Shown piece by piece: positions 25,985-36,100 of a stretch of 64,000 bases of DNA; positions within the stretch are counted from its first letter, which is position 1; the number at the start of each line of letters is the position of its first letter. Where the stretch lies: the NCBI GenBank assembly GCA_973895155.1, contig OZ316896.1:6438166-6502165 (forward strand), given 5' to 3'. The DNA comes from Marsupella aquatica (lineage: Eukaryota > Plantae > Marchantiophyta). Position numbers and translations under genes: made by a program. The notes beneath the pieces are model-generated. The model was not told the DNA's origin, did no database searches, and saw nothing but the letters and a program-made list of their open reading frames with translations.

Positions 25985-26935
25985 TGAGGATAGTACCCAG
26001 GAAAATCCTCTGAGGTCAAGCGCTTGGCCTAGCAATTTGTTGTGTTGATGTTTGGTAAGACTAGGGTGTTGAGTGCTCCCTGTCTGAAATCCCATAGCGC
26101 GCTCGCATTCCTCTGGGGATGGTGGCTGCCACTGTTGGGTGGCCTGTCAAAATACCAGCCCTGGACCTTCACCCCGAAATGCAAAGGAGCCAGGGAAGGA
26201 TAGTAGTGTGGGCCACACTGCCCGCGGTGTGCCTATGTAGTTGGCTGGAAAAAACGATGCACGTTCAGTCCGTACCACCGGGCGAGGACGACTGCCAGGA
26301 TCCAGAATTTGTTGTAACTGTTGTGTAGGCTCTGGTTTAGTCTCCAACAGAGCAAGCTTAAGAGTATTATGTGGTGCTAGGTTAGTCCACAAATTCCGTA
26401 AACGATGGGCATAAGAACCGCATTGAGCTGCGTCAATGAGGAATGGATCACCCAACAAGTGTTGAACAACAGCAAAATCTTTCAACACATCCGTTTGGGA
26501 ATCAAATTGTGCAGGTGCGTTCTCCAGGATGTAACCCACACATGGATTGCGTTGTTGTATCCAACCAAGTACCCGAAGTAGATCCTTGAACAACATTGAA
26601 CAATTATCCTGCAGACCTCCGCCTGTGCCTGCTGCCGAAAACCCTTGGCACTCCCATCCAACAACTACCAGATGTATAGGGCCTAGTAACTGGATGTGAC
26701 GTTGTTGGATAAGTTTGATATCTGGTGGTAAAAATGTGAGAGCAGACTCCCATGCTGTGGCAGGCAAGAGTTGGGAATACTGCTTACTGAGGGCGGTAAG
26801 GCGTTGAGGCAGCAATAGGCGTGCGGCAGCATCTGTGTCACAGTACACATACTTGTGTACCCGTAATCCACACTTGAGAGCGGCCTCAAGCCCTGTAGCC
26901 AATCCCCCAAATAATTCCACAAATATGATGCCTTT
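25985..26935 (-). pseudogene. DNMT3-like DNA (cytosine-5) methyltransferase domain inside the pol polyprotein
   Basis: Motif I FVELFGGLATG, motif II YVYCDTD, motif IV VGWECQGFS (catalytic Cys), motif VI YILENA, motif VIII AHRLRNLWTNL, motifs IX/X ERAMGF..G.T...KLLGQALD. One frameshift near 26147. Confidence 0.9.
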
Positions 26936-27380
26936 TGGTGGAGGGCACCACTGGATGGGTGTGTTGGATACTGGTGAAGCAATGTGGTAGGCATGTGGCT
27001 TATCCTGAGTGTGCGTTGCACAATACTTCAACGCTTTTGTCATGCGGACTTGTGCCTTCTCCAGTAACAACTGTGTATCTGATGAATACTCTGCCTTAAT
27101 AGCAGTCGCGACAGTAGTATCGTGAGCCACCAATGGGACTTGATCTGGTCTGTAATCTCCAGAGTCAAAAATATAATCCATGGTGTCAGATGTATGAGAC
27201 ACAGACGGGTACTCTACCTCATACGTGGTTGGAGGGATCAACTCCATCATGTTGGCCTCTTTGAACACTGTGTGTGACGGTGGGATTATTTGTCGGCCAT
27301 GCAACGCCAATGGGATAGTTCCCATTCGTTGCCCACCAGTCTCCCAATCAGGCCTATAATAGGCAATCTCTGTCCAGTTG

Positions 27381-29717
27381 TCAATCATGATACCTGGCGG
27401 AAATAGTACTTCTTGGCCAAGCAGTAGATCGTACAGTGTAGCCTTGGTCACAAGGCAGCGCATGTGAATGGTCAACGCGGTGTTGGACTTGGGATTGAAA
27501 CAAATTTGCATCGGCTTGGAGGTCTCTGCCAATCCTGTCTCCACTGCACCGCTGGCATCTGATGTTCCACTTTGTTGGTCGTAAGGCATCGCCAGTGATA
27601 CCCAAAGATTCAGCAAAGCGCTGACTGATGATGGCAGGTTGTGCCCCAGTGTCAAGGATAACAATCCTGGGTGTGGCCCCTTGGATAGTAATGGCAGATT
27701 GTCGATTATCAACCATTACTATTCCAACCTTTGCAGCTGCACGTTGGCTAGGTTCAACAAAAGGCAGATCCCTGGTGAGCATGTGGATATGCTGGGACCG
27801 ATCAATTATTGCCAAAGAACGAGGTGCAAGCAGTGTATCTAGTAATGATGATGGTGCAGGTTGTGTGGCTGTGACTTCAGTGGGAAACTGAACAGCTTCT
27901 GCCAATGCCGCTGGTGTGGTCACAGCAGTGTTAGTAGGTAAAACCATCAGACCAGGCCCACCTTGTGCTGATAGTGACATTCCTGCCCCTTGGAGCAATG
28001 CTATGACCCTTTGCGGTGTAATTCCCATCTCTTCACAAGAAAATAGTGGGGTCTGCATCAACCGCTTGGTGAACTCCGCACCCGATAGCGCTAGCCTCTT
28101 GTTGAAAACTTGGCTAGCATCCTGCCTAGATGCCGAGGCAGTGGATGCAGGTAGCACTTCAGTTGGTTGACCCCCTTCATTGGTATCCAAGGGCAACTGC
28201 CGATGGTTGTTAGAAATGATGTCCTGTTCTTCATCCATGGACATCTGACGGAAACTACTGGGCATAGAGCTCCTTGACTCTGCTTCTCTGGGTAGTGTAG
28301 TAGCAGCAGTCTGGTTGTCTCCTACGGCCTTATCCAGTGCGGATCTAGTAACTACATACCCATTCAAGTCATAAGGTAACGAGGTGCTTGGGTTGCTATC
28401 TCCAGTTGATGGTGAAGGAGCCTTCTGCAAAGCCTGTACCAACAATGCAGACATCCGATTGTCAAAAGCTTCAAATAGCTCTGCCTTGAGAGCGTCCATC
28501 TTTTGCTTGGATTTGGTTGCCTTGGCCTCATTCTTGTTACCACTGCTGGATGCTTGAGAGGAGTTGTCTGCAGCCTTGGTACTCGCTACAGGCTTCACAT
28601 TCCTCTGCGGTTGAGCAGGATAGGCCGACTGTTGTCGGGGTAACAATTTTTGTTGCCTCCGTTCTGGATGTGCTTGAAAGCACACTGACTCTACATGTCC
28701 AGTCTTGCCGCATGCAGAGCAATGCAAATTCTCTTTTGGAATGTTGCACTGAGGTGAGTTGTGGTCTAATGACCCACAATGATTGCACGATTGTATTGGT
28801 GCAGCCGCATTCACCTGCTTGGAGTTATGACCTCGCTGTCCCCTCTCAAACGGTCTTCCTTGCAATTGTCGTGGGTTGGCAGGTTGTCTTCCTTGCCCAA
28901 CTGAGGCCGTGTTGTCTGTGGTAGCAGCTCTGGTCTTTGGCTTGGGCGTGATCTCGTAGTTCTCATTCGCCCAGTTCATCTTCTTTGCAAGTTCATAGAC
29001 ATCCTGTAGGGTGTAATTCTTGTTGCTTCCTGAGAACAGGCTAGTAGTGACCTTGTTGTGCAGGTCTAGGTCATCTGCTTGCAAGGCCCGCAAGTACTTG
29101 TGCGCTGCTTCCCGATTAGTGCAACTCTCTGTCTCCTTTTGCAGACGCTCAATCCTTCGGTACATCATCTTTAGCGTCTCATCCTTCTTACAAATGATGT
29201 TGTTCAGCTCTGCCAACTTGATTGAGTTCCTCTCTGGGAATTCTTCTTTCAGTATGGCAAAGAAATCTGCTACCGGATCTGTGACTCCAAGATCTACCAA
29301 AGCCTCTGGGGCAATCCCTGTGGTGGCTGTTGCAATCTGAGCCTGCGTGAGTGTCACCGTGATTGGTGGTACTCCACCATTCTGCTTTGGGTCCTTTGCC
29401 CAATCTGTAATCTGGGCAGTGAGTTGCTGCTCTTCAGTAACCTTGATGGCAGCAATGTAGGCTGGGTTGGCTCTCATCTCCTGCCTTACCAGTGTATCTT
29501 CGTGCTGCTCATACGTGGCAAGTGCTTCTTCACATAGGTACCGTTTCAGCTGAATGAAAGCAAATTGTACATCATACTCAGATTTGTACTTCTTCTTCAA
29601 ATCTGCCATGACTCCAATAAACCATGCTTTGAATTCTCGTAGCGGGATGGTCCCTGGTCTGCCACTGAATGTTTGGTCACGGGTGTAGACCGGACCGTGT
29701 GATTGCATTCCTGCCAT
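27381..29717 (-). pseudogene. Gag + aspartic protease of the nested element
   Basis: 778-aa ORF with knuckles CNHCGSLDHNSPQC and CSACGKTGHVESVC and protease ILDTGAQ. Frameshift near 27560 into the next ORF. Confidence 0.88.
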
Positions 29718-30357
29718 TGTATAAGCTGGAAAGTTGAAAGAACCGTCGAATTCACCCTCTTCTTCGGATTCGGATTGTGTTGAGTACTCCTCCTGTCTCC
29801 CCCAATCTGAAGCGTGAAGAAAGTGGTAGCAGGACTAGAAAATGTGAGTCGTGCCCACTGTGTACGTGGGGCACGCCTACCCCAAGCTCGTGAGAATACA
29901 GGGGAGTGGGACTGGCTGCGCAACCAGTAGTGAGGTGATTCACTCATAAGCTACTGAGTATGTGTGAGATGGCAGGAGATGTCTTTAAACCAATAGGTAA
30001 AAACCGACTGTCCAGTGCAGACCATAGCGCACAATGGGGAGCAACAGTGGCAAGGGGGACTGTTCAATCTCCCGTAAGAAATTAACACCAAAATGTATGA
30101 CAATAAATTGATGAAAATGGTCTTTGGGTAAGATGATGAACAGGAAGTCAATGTGATGAGGAAAACCCTGAGGAGCGCCATGCAGCCCATCCATGGTGAC
30201 TCACACGATAATAGCGCCCACTTACCACACAAAATGTAGGGCAATCCTACTGATATGGGATATGGAGAATGTTTTGAGTACACAGCTTTAAGAAAGTCTG
30301 GAAATAACCTCAAACTGCTCTACCATATCCTAGGAGCAACAAAACTAGAAATGTAAC

Positions 30358-31349
30358 CTAGCCAACATAGGGATGAGGGCGCGGCTCATGCAACTCACGC
30401 TCTGCTCTCTCCCTCTCTAGAAGGTCTAATGGTAGAAGACCATGGTCTGGATGTGGGGTGCCGTTCCGGTACACATACTGTGGACGACCTCTAACTTGCC
30501 CGGTGGCAATAGGGGCTGGTAACTGTCCAGAAGTGCACCAAGGATATGGACTCACATCCAAGAAACTATAACCATCACCTGTATCATCCTCTACATCAAC
30601 CCGTCGCCAAACTAGATCAAAAGTCCAACGATGAAGTCGAGCAGACGGTGTACGAAGCCTGCTAGAAATCACCTCAAAGGCCTCCTCATGCCTCCAAAAG
30701 GGTAGCTGACCATCTGCTGATAAATGATCAACCCATGGGTGGCAGCTAGGTGCATCACGTACATACTGCTCCCACGCTGCCAATCCCTGTACAAAATGCT
30801 GAAGGAACTGGTGCACCAACTCCTCAAGGTCAGCTAGGGAGTACTCCACCACAAGATAGTGTGAAACCTGATCAGCAGTGACTGGATGATACGGGTGCAA
30901 GCATCGTGTGGACTGACGGACCACCCGTATGAGCAACTGATCCGTATCGCGAATGGAGAGTGTCACTGTCTCAAAAGCACGAGAACTGACTCCATAGTGT
31001 GGATAGAAACCCCTAGTACATAGATGAGCCACCGATCGGTCGCGAACAGAAACACTGGCATGGAAAGTAGGAGCCAAACTCTGTGCACAAAAAAGCTATG
31101 AGGAGTGTCAGGAATACCAATGCCCAAACCGCTGCAAAAGTGGTTGAGGACAGTACTCGGGTGAATCGATGAAACGACGAATCTGATACGAAATTGGTAG
31201 CTGCTGCTCTGCATGCTCAAAATCAGCCCAAGTATACCGCACTGTCCAGATCAGCAATCTGCAGTCGAACTCAGGTCAACGTCGGTGCTCCATGGTGCCT
31301 CCTGAGACGTAAGAGGATGGCCTGATGCGCATGCGGGCCTGTGTCACCA
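30358..31349 (-). CDS. Extra ORF upstream of gag in the nested element, unknown function (likely disrupted at its 5' end)
   Basis: 239-aa open stretch 30358-31077 with a globular-looking composition. Upstream ATG near 31349 and an overlapping ORF 30963-31220. Confidence 0.5.
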
Positions 31350-31559
31350 TGGTTGAGATTGCGGAGCTGACAAGCCCATCCACGCAAAATCATGGTGTCC
31401 ATTGCAACTATGTTAAGCCTTTCAATAGGTGCAATAACACTAGAATTCATAATATTCTCATAGTGCTCGTATCAGTAGTGAAGGATTCATAATATCCCAG
31501 TTAGATATACACATCTCCACAAAAAAACATTTTGTTCAATACCCACAACACTGAGTATC

Positions 31560-32300
31560 AATGCTATGTACCCAAGAACTGAACTACCGTGAGTATCAAA
31601 TACCCCATAGCTAAGATACTAGGGAGATTGAATATACATTCTAAGGTACATAGTGTGCATATCCGGTACAATGATCAATCTAAAGGTACTATGTGTACCA
31701 TTGAGGTACCGTGAGCATTGACTACTCAAAAATTGGAGTATTGTGTAAATTGAATGTCCAATCTAAAGTACGCAATGTGCATATCAAGTACAATAATCAA
31801 TGAGAAGGTACCGTGAGTAATCATTGAGTACCGTGAGTATTGAGTATGCAATCCCTAGGGTACTATGTATATTGAATGTGCATTCTAAAGTACACCATGT
31901 GCATGTCAAGTACATCCTCAAGTTTAAATGCAATGATATATAATGAGAAAAGGTACAAGATGTGCACTTGGTATCTTTCTGTGCAGGTGATCAAGTACAA
32001 TCGGTATGCCGGTACGACGTGATACGCTGGTACGCCTGTACGATGCGGTACACCTGTACGATGCGATACGCCTGTACGATGCAATACGCCGGTATGGTCG
32101 TACGGACGAGTTGAGTGCAAAAATATGGCGAAATTGAAAACTTGTCAAATCTGAAATCAATCTGAAATCCCGTCACCAAAAACCATCGAATACTTAAGTA
32201 CCCCTAGTACTTGATGGTACGCAGGTACAAGGCGGTACAAAGCGGTACAAGGCAGTACGCCGGTATGGTCGTACGGCCGCGGTACGGTCGTACGGACTGG
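31560..32300. repeat. GTAC-rich tandem/degenerate repeats in the 5' leader of the nested element
   Basis: 18-bp units cctgtacgatgcgatacg (~32005-32090), gcggtacaag units (~32220-32255), and many gtaccgtgag / agtac motifs. Confidence 0.75.
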
Positions 32301-33136
32301 CCAAAACCCGAAATGTCGAAAAATCAAAAAACCGTCGAAAATCAAAATTTCATCATGAAAAACCGTCGGAAGCTAAAGTAATTTTAGTCTTTGATTTGGG
32401 ACCCGAATCAGAAAACTAAGACCACTTTCTCAACCTAAAATCTCGAGAGAAATCCAAATATGCAATCTATTGAAACTTCTATCGCGCCAAAATCCCAGAT
32501 TTCAATGCACGACAGTTCTGAAGTGAATAAAATGTGAGACAAAGTGAGTCCGGAGTAAGCGAATCTGTAATGCACTTTACTAGAATGGGCGGAAAACCGT
32601 AGGGCAGCAATGTAAGCACTACTCAACGATGAAAAACCGACCGCCGTCTATGTAATTGACGGGCACGCTATGCAACGATCATCTACGTGTAATCGACGAG
32701 CGCTGCCAAACAAGAAACTAGAAACTGTAACCGGATTTACTTCAGAACTGAAGTGAATGAAGGGAGGCCCAGAAGGTATACCCCCTGGATCCCAAGGGAT
32801 GGGCTGCCTCACCCGATAAGGCAATCTGTGAGGAGCCCTCCCAACCACTGAAACCTCACCATAACAGACGAAACAATGGTGTGCAAGATAGACTGATCCC
32901 AGATTAGGCAAACCTACCAACTAACTAACCTAATTGACCACCTGGCCCTATCCGGTGCCGCCGTCTCCTAGGTGGCGGCGAGGCGGGTTAAATCCCGAGC
33001 CGCAATCCTAGCGCCGGTCGCTCACCAGCCGCTAAATCTACCTGGCAATGCCCTAAATTAATCAGGATCACCGCTAACTAGGATAGCCGCTCAAACCCAA
33101 GTACGTGGTTAAGCGCCGACAAGGGTTTGCATGACA

Positions 33137-36100
33137 AGGCGTATGTAGCAGCAAGCAACTTCAAATCCCAGTCAGTCTTGTGGGCCGATACCGTCTTGTT
33201 GAGGATCTTTCCCATAATTCCATTTGCTCTCTCTGTTAGCCCATTTGCTCGTGGATGGTAGGGGGTGGTCTTCCGATGGGTGACCAAGTAGTTCTCGGTC
33301 AGACGCGCAATCGTGTGATTGAGAAAGTGTGTGCCCCGGTCACTTACGAGTTCCAAGGGTGGGCCAAACCGTGTGAAAATCTGCTCGTACAAAAACCGTG
33401 CAGTGGTGTTAGCATCATCTTTGGCCGTTGCCCTGGCCTCCACCCACTTGGTGGAGTGGCTAGTACGATATAGCATTTTCTTCCCCTTCGGGTAATCGGA
33501 GTGAAGGGTCCGATGAAATCAATCCCCCACTTCTCAAATGGTGCAAGGGGAAGTATGGGCACCAATGGGTGTCGAGAGGAGGACCCTGGTTTTCCTTGGC
33601 GTTGGCAGGGGTCACATCTCTGAATGTACCGGTGGACATCCCGAAAAAGAGTTGGCCACCAATAGCCAGCATCTAGTATCTTCCTAGCGGTGGTTTCTCG
33701 TGCAAAGTGGCCACCGGCTTCCTCTTCATGTAGTGCCGCCATTACTGTACTTATCTCAGCCTCCTCTAAACAATGACGAAGGCGTCCATCCATCCCGTAT
33801 TTGTGAAGTACTCCCTTCACAAGCAAGTAGGGCCCCGTCTTGCGTAAGAACACTGCTGCACGTTCCGGACCCAACCGTAATGGAACGCTGGCCGTACGGA
33901 GAAATTCAAGAATTTCTCCATACCAAGTAGTGGCCTCCGTAGTCACCTTGAAGACCTCTTCATCGGGAAAACGATCATCAATCTCTTGAGAGTCAGATGC
34001 TCCCTCAATACGGGAGAAGAAGTCAGCATTGCTGTGACTCTTCCCGGATCTCACCCTTACCTCATAGTTGAACTCTTGCAACAATAGAACCCGGCGTGCA
34101 ATCCTACCAGACAAATCTGGCTTATTGACCATGTACTTCAAACTATTGTGATTCGTATGGAACACCACTTTGTAACCCAACAAATAGTGACGATATTTCT
34201 TGCAAGCGTAAATGATACCAAGAGCCTCCCTATCGGTGGGTGAGTAATTCTTTTCGGCCGGTGCCAACTGTCTACTAGCAAAGTAGATGGGGTGATCCCT
34301 CCCATCCTCATCCAGTTGGTTGAGGACAGCACCTATGCAAAATCCTGATACGTCAACATAAACATGGAACTCTTTTGCCCAATTGGGAGTAATGAGTACT
34401 GGAGCCTCTAACAATCTCTTTTTCAATTCGTCAAAGGCAGCTTGCCGGGAGGGAGTAGGTTCAAACTCACTTCCCTTCTTCAACATGGACGTGAGTGGCA
34501 TGGCCACCTTGGCAAAGTCCTTGATGAAGCGTCGATAGTAGCCAACGCACCCCAAGAACCCTCTCACTTCCTTGACATTGGTTGGAAAGGAGACGGCCAC
34601 CCACACGGCCACCTTCTCACGAACAACTTCAATTCCCCTAGCGGACACCTTGTGGCCCAACAGAATCCCCTCCTCAATTCCAAAGAAACATTTCTCAGGA
34701 TGGAGCTTCAAGCATGTCTCCCGGCACCACTGAAAAGTCAATCGTAAATGTTCAGGATGATTGACTTGCTTGCCATAGACAGCAAAGTCATCAATAAAAA
34801 TTTCCAAGAACCGACGCAAAAAGTCATGAAAGATGTTCATCATGAGTCGTTGGAACATCCCCGGGGCATTGCACAACCCAAAAGGCATCCTCCTAAACAC
34901 AAAAATTCCCCACTCCGTCGTGAACGCCGTCTTGAGTTGGTCCTCCTGCCGAATCCAGATCTGGTTGTAGCCATAGTAACCATCCAGGAAACTATAAATT
35001 TCCCACCTTGCTACCATGTCTAACACAGTGTCCGTGAAGGGGGTAATGGTCCTTCTTGGTGGCCTCATTTAATTTCCAAAAATCTTGACACACCGGTATT
35101 TTCACCTTGCTGTCTGGCCCCTTCTTCTTGGGCACAATGATAAGGGGTGATACCCACTCACTGTGCATGACTGGGTAAATGAAGCCCGCATCCAACAACC
35201 GATCGATCTCCTCCTTCACCATCAATGAATACTTGGGATTGAGCCGGTATTGGCGTTGTCGTACCGGCCGTGCTCCCAACATTAGGTCAATGCTATGCTC
35301 ACCAAACTCAGGAGGTACCCCCTTCAAGTCCTGGTGGCTCCACGCAAATACGTCTTGGTATTCTTTCAACAACTCCTGAATGGTGTGTTGATCTGTAGCA
35401 TCCAGCTTGTGGCCAAGTTGAGGGTCTTCCCTTCACCGACCACCACCCTCGTATATTGCTCTGGTCTAATTACATCCAACTTATTGCGGGTTTCTTCATC
35501 AAATGTTTCCTCCAAACGTGCAAGCCTCATCCCCCCGTACACAGGCGCGTCGCTCTCTTGCTGGTCTGGCCAGGGCCTAGACGGGCCATTGGTCACATGG
35601 CTCATCATCTCCTCTACGTCTGCCTCATTTGCAAATGCACGTAGCTCCTCTCTTAGGTCATCATCTAGGATGTCATTGACAAATTGCTCTCTTTGCTCAT
35701 CATCAAACATGATATTGTGGGTCTGCCGTCTCACCTCCTCGGAGTGATCCTCCTCCGCTGAGTGATCCTCCTCTTGAGTATCAGGGGTATGTAGTGGTTC
35801 AGCTTCCACATTTTCCACTTGCTCGTCTTTGGTTTCTTCTAGCATGATGCAACCTTGGCCAAGTGGCATCTCCACTCCATTCTCCTCTGGGGTAGTAGCT
35901 TGGGGACCAAAAACATCCTCCTTTGTAAGGTGAGAAATCAATTTCACCATGTATACTTCATCTTCATCTTCCTCTGAGGTGACCTCCGAATCGTATTGTT
36001 CATCCATTGATGTAGTTTCCCCTTGAGGTGACTCCGCTGTCCATGGAATGATGATAGTGGGGGTACCAAACCGAAACTGTCATTTTCCCCAATCGATAGT

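Larger units (their letters stand above)
21848..33136 (-). mobile_element. Nested Ty3/gypsy retrotransposon with a DNMT3-like methyltransferase, a PHD finger and split (permuted) terminal repeats
   Basis: Ends tgtcgtgc...gcatgaca, 4-bp TSD aggc (21844-21847 / 33137-33140). Removing it restores the host integrase frame ATYAYN. Repeats: A1 32526-33136, A2 21976-22590, B1 22593-22720, B2 21848-21975. Confidence 0.93.

Noticed and set aside
21848-33136. DIRS/Ngaro tyrosine-recombinase element, suggested by the split direct repeats
   Set aside because: It encodes an aspartic protease and an HHCC-DDE integrase, has TG...CA ends and a 4-bp TSD, and shows no R-H-R-Y recombinase motif.
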